Below are positions 50,901 through 64,000 of a DNA stretch of 64,000 nt, piece after piece. The stretch's first letter is position 1. Each line of letters begins with the position of its first letter. The notes under the pieces are model-generated. The model worked only from the letters and a program-made list of their open reading frames with translations, was not told the origin of the DNA and ran no database searches. The stretch lies in the NCBI GenBank assembly GCA_002633005.1, contig NMRA01000286.1:34067-98066 (forward strand). The letters run 5' to 3'. Position numbers and translations under genes: made by a program. This DNA is from Phoronis australis. Its lineage: Eukaryota; Animalia; Phoronida.

Positions 50901-53900
50901 TACGTTTGCGAAGAAATCTCACCAAATTTAGGACACAATATGGCTGACAATAACTCCTTCATTTTTCATGAAAGATGAGTGGCAGACACCAAATGCTTTA
51001 ACATTTTGAATTTCTATAACACGGCTACCGTCAGACAATGTTTTTAGCAACTGTGGACATTCACAACATGAAAAACAATCAATTTTGATATTTATTTTTC
51101 TTGTACAAAAGTTCCATCAACTATGTTTCGGGAAAAGTGCTAAATAACAGAACAAGGTTTTCAGCATGAAACTCCTAACACTTCATTTTTGAACTATCTG
51201 TATCTAAAGACTGTTCTTAGACAATTCTCCATTTGAATGTTGGTATTCTGTAGTTTTAGGTCGATATCGAAATTCATTCACAAAAATGGCCTCATCAGCT
51301 AACTCTTCCAATCCCAAAGCCAGTTGAGCACATCAAGTACTGTAACAATGAATTTTATCTTAAACCTCAGCCATCACTACATACAAAATGTAACATGCTT
51401 TGAGGTGTCATTTTGTGGTAACTTTATGTTCTATAAGCAGTATTTAATTACTTGAATTAGTCTATTAACTGGCACTGATAATCTTCGTAATTCTCCCAAG
51501 CGGCCATATTAGTTGTTTGAGTCATTTTTAGACCTAAAAACAAAAATGTACAGTTTGTTATTAATCAAATCTATGCCCTTCCCTGCATCCACCTCTTTGT
51601 TACTGCATTGGTGTCTTTTTTATTGGGGATTTGCAAAATTTTTTCTGATTAAGTCTGATGCTGTCGTAGCCTAGGACAGACCCTTTTTTGAAATTTGACC
51701 CTTTACCCTTAACAAAAGGTGGTTGTACACATGTATATGCTGGCAATGAAAGTTTTGTTCTTGGTAAATTTTAGTGGCATTTCTTGCAGCTTGAAAGTTG
51801 AGTAGATGAGACGATCAGTTCACGCCTATTATTTTCAAAATGCTAAAGATTAAAAATGGCTTTCATTTCTTTTGAATGGTTTTTGGGAAAGTTGCCAAGT
51901 TCTCCTGTTCTTTTCTAGAACCCCTTTAACTGTCCCATTTGAAGATTTCCAAACAAAACTCTGCAAACCTGTCATGAAATAGCCCTTGAAAAGTAAGGGA
52001 AATTTCAATGTTTCTGACAAACAGTGATCCTAATGTGATGCCAGATCGCCTTATGTGTAGTCTGACCATTAATCTGAAAACAACTTCTTCAGTGGGTTAC
52101 CGAACAATTGGTTGTGATAATTCTGAGGTCTTATAAGCATTTCGTAAATTAACCAAATTTTTGGGTGATGATATTTGATCACATCGAGTTACATTTCATG
52201 ACAAGTAAAATAAAATAGAATATGTAAATAATGCAGACAGTAAGTAGATTGGAAGTAACCAATCAGTAAGTTCACTAATTAACCAAATCTTTGGGGCTTT
52301 GATATTTGAGTTTTGTTCCGTGACAAGTAAAACAAAATATTATAATCAGAAAGTAAGTGGATTGAAGTCACTGATAAGATTTAAAAATCATTAATTAACA
52401 GTAAGTATCAGTGTAACTTGTCAAAATTGATGGTGGCGATTGACATTTGACGTTGAACTGCCCCGGCTTGGGTGAAATGTCAGTGATCAGCTTTACGTCC
52501 ACCACGGAAGGTTTAACAATTTCACTTTCGAAACAACCCTTGCTTAATTCTTAGTCTTCAGTAAAATCTCACTAATTTAGGACACAATATGGCAGACAAG
52601 GGAAATTTATTTTTTGATTTTTCCATGAAGGATATTTTGCAGTAGAATAATGCTTTTATATGTTCTGAGCTCTATAACATACTACCACCAAACAATTTTG
52701 GGAAATTGTAGACATTCCCAACAATGAAAGGCCTTTGAAAAATGAAAATGGGCTATTTTGGTTATTATTTTATGTTGAAATTGGTGATATTTTACTGTGT
52801 GATCACTTTATGATAGTGTGTTATTGTTCTGAGAATAATGACTTTTTGTCTTGTCCAAATCCAAGGAAATTGTAATAGACTCTCATTGTCAATGCCTTTG
52901 ACATAAATGTAGTATACACTATGGGAAGTTGAATTTTTTTACCATATTTCTGGGCATAAACTAATATCGACATTTTCCTCTTTAGCATGATACATGTCAC
53001 GTCTGTTACCAAGCAAAATGCGTTTAAGTGAGTCCTATGCTCAACTGTAGTTCTAAGAGCTTAGTATTGTGATATTTTGTGCAGTTATTTTTGCATCAAA
53101 TTTAAGTTTTATCGTGGTCATTTGTGACAAGAAAACAAGAGCGCAACTGTTGTTTTGACCATTTTTATCTCTTATTCTTCCAGGAATTTGGGCAAGTCTG
53201 GCCTCCGGCTGTCCAATGTTGGACTGGGAACATGGGTCACATTTGGTGGACAGGTTACCGACGAGGTTAGTATCGTTGGTTGGGGAGGGATATGCAGGCT
53301 TGGAGAATTGGGGTTGACAAGTATGCAGGACTGATGGTTGGTTTTACAGTTTTGCTTGATATTTTTTCTCTAAGGCTGACTTCGTTTACAGAAGATTGGT
53401 CATTGTGTATTAAGAAACAGAGTCCCTTTTCTTTTTCCGGTAGCATCTATTGTAAGTAAAAACAAAAAAGACAGATAATTTGTTGGTAGAACTCTGTAGA
53501 TATTTTGAAACAAAAAATGTTTGTGACTAGATTTTTTATTTCGTTACTATTGATTACTGTTACTATCAGTCGACAGCAGATATGGAAACATTCCATTAAA
53601 AGCTTTTACCGATCTGAGTCACTTTAGGGAAGACTTGGGACCCATCATGATGTCCTAGATACACTTATAAAATAATGTTAATCTTGAATCCATGACTAAG
53701 TGCTTACTATAATAATAATCTCTTTAAAAGTAATTGGGGTGCTTTTGAAGCGGAGAATCCCATCTAAACGGGAAGTTATTCTCGACTTAAAAAATGTCCA
53801 TGTCATCTGGTCTGTGACATACCGAGGATGTGACTAACCACAGGTTTAGAAGGACCTACGTTCATGGTGTTAGTCCTAGCAATGACACGACAGTGGGTTT

Positions 53901-56900
53901 TTTGATGATGTCTGTTGGAGTACTCCTTATATCCAGTTGTAGTATAGTCATTATTTGGTAAGTTCCAAATTGACATGCTAATACCCAATGTGGCATGTGT
54001 TAGTCGCTGTTTTTTACATCCTTCATGGATACAATGTGCGCACATCAACATCATGTTATTTGCTGTTCTTGGTGACCTCTTGAGTGTTTTGTTTATCGTT
54101 ACCTTCTAGTATCATACGAGGGATTCTTCTAATTAACCTTCAGATGTGTGTTAATGAGTAGGAATGTGTTAGTGTTTGTTAGAAAATAACCCAGATCTCC
54201 AATAAAACTATTTGACACTCTTTACAGTTTGGGGCAATGGCGCTTGTAATAAAAGACATAATTTTTGTTCGAGTTTTGCGATTTGAGACGAGAGTGCCTT
54301 TAATATGTTCAAGCGTTCCGTGATCTTGGCACTAATTCAGTTTATACCAGCTCAACGTTCATTTCATCCATGTACTCAAACACTACGTAACCGAACGTTT
54401 GAAATGCCTCGTTAGGGTAAATACTTTGCACTAGTTCAAAAGCTACTGAAATTCAACTACAAAAACCATTATCAAAGCTTCAGTCTCTGTGGCTAAATAA
54501 TCAAAGTTTGTTTTACAAATATAGGAAACTGCTGGTTTTTGCCATTCTAGTAATGCTGGTAGTGTTTCTAAGAAAGCCAGTCTTTCCGAGAATAACATTC
54601 AACATGTGACAGAAGTTATTATTAAACTGGGGGTGTGTCTCAAAGGCTCAATATTTCCCATAGGTGATGTGTTATTCAGAACACTTTCTCCCCAATAAAA
54701 ATGTGTTTTCAGCCTCTGTGCCTGGAGATTGCCTCTGACATTGACGTTACCAAAGCAGTTCAGCTAACATCAAATTAATGCACTTCATATTTGTTCCTTT
54801 GAGCGTAGGATTGTCACTCAAAGAGCCATAATGGAAAAAATTCATGGAATGCTTGCTGCAAATACTTAACATGTTGTAGTTTTAATTTCTTGGTTGAATG
54901 TTAAAGTGCTGTCTAACGTTCTTATTTTCATGACTGAAAAATTAATTACTTTGTCGAAGAATTTCGGGGTTTGTGTTTTGTGGTTTTGAAACAGTGATGT
55001 TTAATATTGTATAACATACATCATTTCACGAGAAAAAACTTTCTCTTCTCAAATTAGAAAATTCTAAGTTGCGTCTTTAATGGCCAAGTTTCGCTGTGGT
55101 GAAGAGACTATTTGTGTGACCTGTTTTTTACAATGATTGTTAAATGCGCTTCATTACTTACTAGTTTAATGTTGACCTATTGAAAACCCGAGTGAGGGCT
55201 TTCACTCACTTTCAGTTGATTGTCCATTAGTATGTTCATTGACTTCAAATGACTCTGTTATGAGCAATTAATTTTTCTCGAAATGTCGGACAACGTGTGT
55301 TTCTCCAATTTGCTTTGCCTAATGAGGAAGCCAATTACTTGCAAAAAAACAACACTTGGTTGCAGACACAAATCCATCATTAACAGCTGTTATCTGGATT
55401 TGTTTGAGGAAGCTTTGCTGACTAATTACACTGTGCCAGCCTCAGCAGACGACTCAAAAAGTACAGTGCTTCAAAAAACATTAATGAACAATAATTGTCA
55501 AAATTTTATGTCTTTTCTTTCGAATATCCTTCTCGCGTGCATTGAGCAGATGTCCAACTTCCTTTTCCTTTCTGGTCAGTCGGTTGAGAATAACTTCTGT
55601 GTAGTGTCGTTGAACAATCGCAAGATGTAGTGTTTTGGTTTTGGGCCTTAATGAAATTGTAGGATTATCTGCCAATCTCCTTTTCAAATTGCCACTTATT
55701 TTCATTTTCCCCCCCGATAGTCAACACATTTGTCTAGCAGTTGTCATAATTCAGTGCTGATTGGTCTTCCCCTGTTGCTAATTCTCCATTTTATATATCA
55801 ACATTTTGACCTTTTTGCAGATGGCCGAAGAGATGGTAACTCTTGCCTACGAGAGCGGGATCAACATATTTGATACCGCTGAAGTGTACACCGCTGGCAA
55901 GTGAGTTTCCATAGGATGATGTGATGGTATTTGAGAAAGGCAAAAATGTGTGCGTTTTTTTGAGAAATACATTATTTTAGGTACTGTCTCCAAAAATTTC
56001 TCCTCTCTGAATGAGCTTCACATTCTATATGACATTTTCAAATTAGATTCTGTTGGTTGCAGTGTTGTTAAACATTAAGTTTCAAAATGTTAATTTTGCA
56101 CTTTTTCATTTGAGAACTCAAGAACTCCAGTCACAGGTATGTTGTACTGTTGATTGGAAATACCCCAGGAGTAACATAAGAAGTCTTGTGAAGATGGATT
56201 CGTCCTAATTTCTCTTGAACTGGGCTGAAGTACGCCACTGCATTGATTGGATCTGTTCTTGTGTTAGCTTACGCCATACTTTCAAGACGGTGCAAATTCA
56301 CAAAACCGTTCTAGGTAGTAAATTGAATATCTATTAGTTTCTGTGTTCATCTCTTAATCTTGATTTAACGAAGTAGGTTTTTAAATTCCCAGGCTTGTTG
56401 ATTTCAAGCAGGAAAGTGAGGGAAAACTTCATTTTGCAAGTGTTCCTTGCGTGAATCTGGAGCTTTTCTATTGCAATCCGAAAAATGTGTTTTAGACCAC
56501 TCGTCCAGATATAGTTTCAGGCAGTATAATCAGGCTGCAGGAAAAGTCTAATGTTCCTTATCATTGGAAATGTAATTAATTTATTTGACGTGATCACCCT
56601 AGCTTCTTATTTGTCTTTCTGGCGACATTTCCAAAAAGTGAACATTACTGGGATATGTTTTGTGAAAAGTGACTTAAGACTTTGTCAGAAATTTGGTCTT
56701 GTGCTTCACATAACTATTTAAGAAAAATAACAAAATATCACTCGAGTAAAAATACAAAGTCTCTGAGAATATACCCATCACTTCTGGAAACTGAGACAAT
56801 TTATATCAATTATTTCTAGATTGTGTTGAGCTAAAAACTATGTGGCCAGTAATTGTGAGGTGGACGTTTTGGACTGAATATATGTCTTGAGTAACTTTTC

Positions 56901-59900
56901 ATCAAACAGAGCCCAGCTGTTGCATTGCTAAACACAAACAGATTGCTGTGTACTGTTTGTCTAAGGCAGGCTAATTATATTGCACTTACTACCTTACAGG
57001 AAGCTCGTTTTCCAGAGGGATTCTCTCCGCCAATGCCATGTAGCATAGCACTCTCCTAATGTTACGTAGGGCCCCATAAAAATGTCCAAATTTGACTTAC
57101 TTCTAACTAAAGTATCTCCGATACTTTGTTTTATGCACTGTTCTTTAAAATGCTGGGCGAAATTGTTTTTTAAATTTTCCACTTTTGCATGAGGAGCTAT
57201 CAAAACATAGGATTTTCATGAAAAAGTGCATAAAGCAAAACATGAAATGATTTTCTATAAAACTGTAACAGCAATTTTGTGATCTTATCTTGCTTGAACA
57301 TTGAGGTGTTGACCTCTAAACTTAAGAGAAGTAAGAATTTGACTGATCACATTGCATGAAATTTCAGTGTACTTGAAGGGTGCTAGTTTTTTATCACTTT
57401 AGTCTCAGATATTGCCTGGGGTATTCATGTTTTAATCTTCTGCAGAAGCACTTTGCCATTCTGGATTTTTGACTGCCATCATAGCAAGGAATCCGCGGGC
57501 TATTTCCCTTTGCTCTCCAAACACAAGCTCGTAATCAATAACACTTATTTTGCTGCGTCTCTAATTCCGTTTGATTACTGGCTTAAAACGGCAGTATTGA
57601 CAGTATTGATTTGGGCCAGTTCACTTACTGTGTTTCACGTGAAGCCAGTCTAGCAGCCTGTCAGAAATTGTTATGATTACACTGTTAAGTCTTCCAGGCA
57701 TTAACTGTTTAAGCCATTTCAAACCATTAGTGCCTTGGAGTGTGTTGCTTCAGTTGCAATAATCACAAATGCATGTTGGGTAATGCTCCACTTATTTGGC
57801 ATACAACATTGCCAAGTGTTTAACTTCACAAAAATAAATATTGTGAAAACTTTAGTCTATCGCTTAAGCACGGTTTATGCTGCGTAGGTATCGTAAAACA
57901 ACTTTTGGTAAAATTTCCATTATTATCACTAAAATTGTCAACCTATGAAATGTGGAAAAATTACAATTTGGCGATTGTTTTTGTGCAAAACATGTGGAGA
58001 AACACCGTAGTATCTCATTTTTGCATTTTGCCTGGAACATTCTTTTAGACTAGATGAGAGTTGCATATTTTTGGAGCAAATGTGGCAGTTAGTACGAAAA
58101 ATGTCCTGATGGTAAATGAATATTTAGTACAAAAAGATCATAGCAATATCCATGCAGTGTCTGTTTTTTGTGTCAGTGCAAACCAATCAAATGCCATTGC
58201 TGCATTTGTGCTAATTGTAGAAATCTTTCTCCTGTCGAAGCTTGGCATATTGGAGTAATGGAAACACAGAAAGGTTAACTGAGGTGTAATTTTAAATATT
58301 TTTTGAAAAGGTGAATTGTAGAAGTGAATTACATAAAATGCAGTTATTCAAATTGTTTTTGTTTATAGTTTGCTTACAATATTGGGGAAAATAACCTTTC
58401 CTCATCCATAAAAGACCTTTGTGAGACCTGAAGTCTGTTTTGTGAAAAGTGACTCAAGACAGAGATTTGGTCCTGTGCTTCACACAACAATTTTGAAAAA
58501 AATGATTGAATCTCGCTTGAGCAAAATTTTAAAGTCTTTGAGAATGTACACTTAACTTCTAGCTTCTTAGATGTGCTCATAAATTACTTGAATGTCTAAA
58601 TCTTTAGACAGCAATATTATTTAAGGTGGGAGCATTTGTTCAAAATTCTGTCTTAAATCTGAAATCACATTAATGATACCGACCCCCAAATAAACAAGTT
58701 GAAAAACTCAATGAAATTCTTGTTTTCTTAATGAAAATTTCCATAAAAATCACTTTGGTTTGTCTGAAAAGCAAGCGGCTTGCACTCTGCCTTGCGGGGT
58801 CCTGCGTATGAGTATCTGGGCGCACTGCAATTTCATTGTTACAGACCCCCATGAGTACTTGGCTCACCTAGTGGGTACAGTGGGTGATCAAAGTGCGACT
58901 TCACTCCCATACGCATAAAGTTGATGGCATTAGAATAACAGTTGCCTAACATATCAAGATTTTCTGTTTCATTGGCACTTTTTAGCTCTTTTGATAGACT
59001 GACCTGCATGAAGCGATGAACACAGCATCTCCAGTGCTTACACTCTGAAATCCCTAAATTTGCATCACATTTGTATAATTATTGTATTTTGCAATTGTAT
59101 TCATTAGGATATATCCTCTGCATCTTGAAGAAATACCACTGGATGTTTCTCAGTTCATTGAGCAGGTTCACAGTCGGTTATAGTTGAATGCACTGCCAGC
59201 TCATTAGTTGTGTCTAGTTACTATCTAGTCTATATTCGTCAGTCAGAGTTGCCTTTTGATCCTTTTCAGAGCCGAGATAGTGCTGGGAAAGATTCTGAAG
59301 AAAAAGGCCTGGAGGTATGACGTCTGTTTGTCGGAGACGTTTAGCGTATTTCTAAGCAGGGATGAGAGCATTGATTTTTGCACTGAGAGAATATGATCTT
59401 GGCAATTCTGAGGTTGTACGAATGAACAGAGTTTATTTAAGTTACTCTAGTTGTTAGATTTGGATTCCATTATTCTAATTTTAAGACATCCTTTCCTTAA
59501 TTTGATCGACTAGGATTTCATGTGTCTGCCATTTTGTGTGATAAATAAGTGAAGATTTGCCTTAACTCCCGTCCACACACAGCCTACCTTAGAACAACTT
59601 GCAGTAGTGCAACTTACTCCACTTTAGAATGTACACGCACATATCCAATAAATAGGGCAAGGCATAGTTGCCGCACTGTCTGTGGCAATTAACGTCTAAT
59701 GCGAGTACCATGCACAAATGAAAACCTCTCTGTTTATAACCGCAGCTGACAATTACTTTGTCTGCCCTACCCCATTTTTTCGGCCACACAGCGATTACAA
59801 GTGGCAGAAGTTACCTTAGAACAAGTTACCCCACCTCGTTAATCTGGAGTAAGTTGTCACAAGTGGGGTAAGTTGAGCGTCCAGACAGCACTCAAACCTA

Positions 59901-62886
59901 GCAACAACTCGTTCCAGGAGCAACTTGTTCTAGGTTAGGTATGTGTGCGGACGTCTCTTTAGTTGTCAAAGAGCTTTACTGACTTTGTCTGACTGTAACA
60001 CAACCTATTGAAAGACTATGTAGTCTTCAATGTACAACACTTAACCAACGAGTTTTTGGTGGTGTTGAAAATTTAATGTCTTTGTTATTGCGGTTATTTC
60101 TGTCAACCAAGCAGATTAGACGTAATGTCTCACGGTTCCAGGAAACAAGAAATACAAATTAAACATCTTCACCAAGAAGGTGAACTTAACCACATCTTGT
60201 GGTTATTAAGTAATTCACATTTCAGTGGAGGCTCAAATTCAGTTCCCTTGGATCAGATTCTGCGCTCGGGCCTACTGTTTGCTGACACCTTGCTGTAAAA
60301 GTAGGCGCCTGAGTCATGACGGCATCTTTGTTCACGGAAATGGCAAACAAATGACTCAGTTTTGGAGAACAGAAATTTATGGCATGATTAAACTGGAAAC
60401 TCCAAAATGTCAAGGAAATGCAATTTTAATCTCATTCCCAACTTAATAAACAAAGCAATTAATGCTGATTTCCGTGAATGTTTGGCAGACAACGGTAAGA
60501 ACTGATGAATTGTAATAAAGTAAAAAATTAAGGATTTTGTTGTTTCATAGCTCTGATCAGAACTAATAACTTGACTGAAACGGTCCCATCTTACAATAAT
60601 CCCAAACATGCATTTTGAACAGTTACTGTAAAATTAACATTGTTCCTTTTATGACTGGATTCCTTTGTTGGTCACCATTATAAACCTAAACCAGGAATCT
60701 TGTTTTTATGTCATTAAACAATGCAATTACTGTCATTTGAAGTGCTAGTATGTGCTTGATGTACCCTGCAGATTGACCGATTTAATATACTCTTATTCTA
60801 CACGTATTCTTTATTGTGAAAATTGTTATTTTTCATTTTTTCAAAGGCTGATGATCTGGCTGTAAATAAAAGCTTTTGGAAATGTTGTTTTTTGACATGT
60901 GCACAGCACTAATTTCACTAATTATAAACTTTTAAATTTTCTTAAACTTGACAAAATAAATTTTCATTTCACCACCATATTGCGTTCTAAATAGGCGGAA
61001 ACTTACTGTACACAAGCCACGACAGGGTTTTGAAGTTCTTCTTGAGTTCAAAGTAATTTTTGTATTTCGCATCTGATTACATGTTCTAAGTGCATTGCAG
61101 GTACATTTAATAGTTTGCTGTACGAGTAATGTGCGTAGAATATTTCTTATCTTGCTTCTAATTGCAGACGATCAAGTTATGTGATTTCAACAAAAATCTT
61201 CTGGGGTGGCAAGTAAGTTAACAGCACTGTGCTTTGGAGTGTAATGTTTTTGACAGGCATACTCTAAGGTTGATACTATTTAATTTGCTTTATTTAAGGC
61301 CAAGTGTAAAAAACATGGTCATAAGGTATGTTTCCGGGGCTTTTTGTCACATAGTATTTCAATTAGGATTTTGGGAGTGCAGACCCAATAATGGAGCCCC
61401 TTTTGAACACGGTACATTGTCACTTTCAGTGTTTGATTGATGGTGGGAAGCAAATGAATTGTCTTTAGTACTGAGAGATCGTTGAGTACCAAGTAACTTA
61501 GTCAGTGAATATCTTACAAAAGACCTTATCGAGAAATCTATGTAATATTTAGCCAAATATCTACAAAACAAGATCTTAACTCCGGTAAAAGCATATTGCC
61601 TGTAAAATTTGATTTTTGGCTTTTTACCAATCTTGCCTTCAATGGGGCATGTAGCCATGTCTTTTTAGTAAAATTTAACAATGAAAAAGAAACTACATTT
61701 AGACTAAATTTGTTTCATATAAATGTTCATGATGAAATCTCAAAAATGTTGTTATAGTTTTCTAAATTATCATTTTATTTTTGTTTTATGCAACTTTTTT
61801 TTCATGAAAATCATAATTTTTTGGTGACTACTCCTGCAAAAGTGGATCATTTTTAAAGCGATAGGTGCACTTGATTGTTTTTGACTGTTCAACTGAGTCA
61901 ACTGGCTAAGACATCCGATTGGTTCTTGATGACGACTTTCGCTTACTGCCCGCATTGGATGTCTTAGCCGCTCGAGCCTGTGGAACCAGCCAAATCAATC
62001 AAATACAGCCATTTCCTAACAGCATTTTGGAGAGAATTGTGCAGAAAGCTTAATATCTGAAAGTCTCATATGCATGCGATCAGAAATTTCTGAGACATAA
62101 TTTTTCCTCTGTTTGCCTTATTTGGACATTTTGTCGGGTCCTTCGTAACCTTTATGTCTATACCAGTAGTAATAGTCACTCGTATTTAGTGGCTCCTAAC
62201 CTAGTGTCAGGTCATCTCACTGTTTTTCACTGTTTGCATGTTTCAGGACAGATAGTCACTTTTCTTGAGTGGCTCTTAACCTGTTGTCAGCTCATCTGAC
62301 TGCATATCACTGTTTGCATATTTCAGGGCAGAAACAGAGAAGGGATTATCAAGAAAGCATATCATTGAAGGTATTGGCTTGTCTACTGTCCAGTTTTAGC
62401 CTTTTTACATTAAATTCTTGCCAATTTAATTGCTAAAATTGTCTGTTTTTCATGTTTGAAAGGCCTGCTGTGTTGTTAATACCCGTGGCTTCTCAAAACA
62501 TTGCCCAATGTTGAACTTTTAAAGGCTGATGAAGCCTTTATCGTGTGTTGCTTATCTTTAATGAAAAAATGAAGAAATTAAATTCCACTTGTCCATCATT
62601 TTGTGTCCTAGATTGGTGGGTTTTTACCGTAAAGGACATCAACTCTGATTTTATCACTTAATAAGTCTTTGAATCAAACGTTACATTAACTTCGAACATG
62701 TTCAAAGACATTCTGCAAAATTTTGCTCAATTTGTAAACATCGTTTTGACTGTCATTTGTGGTCTAATCACTCTCTTCCATTTTGTCTTGATTGACCAGG
62801 TCTTCGCGGTTCATTGGACCGACTACAACTCGAGTACGTAGACCTTGTGTTTGCCAACAAACCTGACCCAACCACACCCATGGAAG
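44847..62886 (+). CDS. KCNAB: Voltage-gated potassium channel beta subunit (Kv-beta, aldo-keto reductase fold), spliced, 3' end beyond the window
   Basis: Spliced peptide YR|[27 protein letters not shown]|[27 protein letters not shown]|[15 protein letters not shown]|[15 protein letters not shown]|[15 protein letters not shown]|[28 protein letters not shown] closely matches Kv-beta; the D-Y-K-N catalytic set is present. Confidence 0.95.
47070..48141 (+). pseudogene. Kolobok transposase 5' part: THAP domain ([10 protein letters not shown]...RFP...W...VCGKHF...AIP), CxxC/CxxGH zinc motif, DSPG.SAKY.TY motif
   Basis: ORF 47070..47999 continues in the frame of 47923..48165 after a +1 T in the T8 run at 47937-47944; the GDGR segment before DSPG is missing; truncated near 48141. 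Confidence 0.85.
48136..48411 (-). pseudogene. KolX-like protein N-terminus (acidic tract, [27 protein letters not shown]; P2X7-tail-like Cys cluster), truncated
   Basis: aaaATGGC start at 48411 in ORF 48100..48429; Cys spacing typical of KolX/P2RX7 C-terminal-like proteins; convergent with the transposase inside the same TIRs. Confidence 0.8.
49607..49860 (+). pseudogene. hAT transposase fossil (C-terminal dimerisation domain, PRKRIR/THAP12-like)
   Basis: [41 protein letters not shown] resembles the hAT consensus TLPVTS..CERSFSALRRLK..LRS.M.EERL..LALLHIH. Confidence 0.7.
49888..49970. repeat. CT-rich microsatellite (polypyrimidine), contains an N at 49924
   Basis: Directly visible. Confidence 0.9.
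50214..50296 (-). repeat. tRNA-derived sequence (Pol III A and B boxes) inside a repeat; not a canonical tRNA
   Basis: TGGTGTAGTGG A box, GGTTCGACTC B box; acceptor and anticodon stems do not pair. Confidence 0.6.
50915..52735 (+). repeat. Pair of diverged ~165-bp dispersed repeats (50915-51080 and 52563-52735)
   Basis: aaatctcac.aa.tttaggacacaatatggc.gacaa ... gacatt in both. Confidence 0.65.
52145..52378. repeat. Diverged tandem duplication (units of about 130 and 105 bp)
   Basis: taattaaccaaat..tgatatttga..tgacaagtaaaa..agtaagt.gattg occurs twice. Confidence 0.75.
53184..53265 (+). CDS. KCNAB: Kv-beta exon ([27 protein letters not shown])
   Basis: ttccag acceptor, gttagt donor, 82 nt. 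Confidence 0.95.
55821..55900 (+). CDS. KCNAB: Kv-beta exon ([26 protein letters not shown])
   Basis: Carries catalytic Asp/Tyr (FDTAEVY); gtgagt donor. Confidence 0.95.
56660..58562 (+). repeat. Pair of diverged ~125-bp direct repeats (56660-56790 and 58440-58562)
   Basis: tgtgaaaagtgact.aagac...ttggtc.tgtgcttcaca...aaagtct.tgagaat in both. Confidence 0.7.
59270..59314 (+). CDS. KCNAB: Kv-beta exon ([14 protein letters not shown])
   Basis: 45 nt, phase 2-2. Confidence 0.93.
59565..59958. mobile_element. MITE family B (TIR ~AG...CGTCCACACAC...TAGAACAACTTGC), PIF/Harbinger-like
   Basis: Inverted ends ccgtccacacacagcctaccttagaacaacttgc / gcaacttgttctaggttaggtatgtgtgcggacg. Confidence 0.7.
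61168..61212 (+). CDS. KCNAB: Kv-beta exon ([14 protein letters not shown])
   Basis: 45 nt, catalytic Lys (STKIF), gtaagt donor. Confidence 0.95.
62173..62332 (+). repeat. 80-bp tandem duplication spanning a Kv-beta splice acceptor
   Basis: 62173-62252 aligns without gaps to 62253-62332. Confidence 0.9.
62327..62370 (+). CDS. KCNAB: Kv-beta exon ([14 protein letters not shown])
   Basis: 44 nt, phase 2-1. Confidence 0.93.
62800..62886 (+). CDS. KCNAB: Kv-beta exon ([28 protein letters not shown])
   Basis: 87 nt; Kv-beta-type Asn (FANK) where other AKRs have His; gtaagc donor. Confidence 0.95.
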
Positions 62887-64000
62887 GTAAGCTGCCAAAG
62901 GAGGTGGGCCGCAAGGAAAAGGTGGAAGGTAGGAAAATGGCCAGAAAAATTACCTTCAACTGACCAGTACTGGGTAACATCTCGGTGTGTGGCTTCCAGG
63001 AAGTTCCCCTGGCTAGTGATTGTATCATGTAGGCACTGTTGTCTTTATCAAGATTGGGAAATTTGTGAAAATTAGTTGAGTTATGGGCTTTGTTACCTGT
63101 GTGAAAGCAGGGTACATTCTGTTTACTGGTTTTGTTATCTGCTTATTTTTGTTTGTAAACTTTATGTTGCATTTCTTGCCTTATTTTCATTAAGAACATC
63201 CTTTGATTGAACATTAAAGCCTATCACTGCAATAATAAAGTAAAACCTAAATCTCAAATTTGCAGTGCAACTCCGGCCACAAAAGCAACCAAAAAACTCC
63301 ATTCGGTATGGTTGACAATGTTTGGAGTGTTCCTTGCTCTCTGAAAAAGCTCTGTTGATAAAATATGACTGAAAAATTATTCTCTTTTGACTACTAAAAG
63401 TTCATGACTTGTGTAATGGGGTTATCATTATATTGATCAAGTTTCATAATTCTGCTATTCACAGACTGAGGTATCTTTTGTCATCAGTTCTTATTTTTTG
63501 GATGCCTTGGGTAGCTGTTTTTTTTCACCCGCAAATGGTATTGATTTTTACCTCAGAACGGCAAATTTAGGATCAAAGAGTCACCTGACATTCATGTTGT
63601 CTAAATGTAGGCCTATTTAGGAATGTTCACCTTTCATTGCCTGCTTTAATTCATCTGTCTATAGCGTTCCCAATGCTACAAAATGATTGTATACATGGGC
63701 AGTATTACATGATTGCTAACTTCTGTCTCAATTAATCAGTCATTGATTGCATGCAATGCTTTGGTTTCTTTACATATTACTAATTTTGTTGATTTAACAT
63801 GCTCTGGATATTCAGTTGTAACAATGGAAAATTTTGTAAGCATTCTCAGTGTTGTAACGAAGGTTTGCTGCTAAAATGGTTCGTGGTTTGATTTATAGTG
63901 TTACCGTTCGTGGCTGCAAATGATTACAGTAAACTGTAAATATTCTTCAATTTATCCTACAAATGAGCCAGACAAGAGTAATGTCGGATTTCAAATTTCT

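Overview
This is AT-rich eukaryotic (animal, probably marine invertebrate) genomic DNA with GT-AG introns, so the ORF track is mostly uninformative. I reconstructed two spliced genes by hand, arranged head-to-head. (1) A complete HPS3 (BLOC-2 subunit) gene on the minus strand has 18 phase-consistent coding exons from 20054 down to 2102, giving 3204 nt / 1067 aa. (2) A voltage-gated K+ channel beta subunit gene (KCNAB/Hyperkinetic-type aldo-keto reductase) lies on the plus strand, with common exons at 53184-62886, and runs off the window end. Its ~30 kb 5' region holds several candidate alternative first exons that all end in phase 2. The introns are full of DNA-transposon remnants. The most striking is a TTAA-flanked Kolobok element (46805-48745) with 158-bp TIRs that each carry an ETS-CRE motif; it holds a convergent THAP-DDE transposase and a Cys-rich KolX-like ORF joined by an internal deletion. 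A related 893-bp fold-back copy made of two transposase-side ends (20775-21667) lies just upstream of the first HPS3 coding exon. There are also Tc1/mariner-like and PIF/Harbinger-like MITEs, a hAT transposase fossil, tRNA-derived heads and local tandem duplications. All homology calls come from motif recognition, not database searches.
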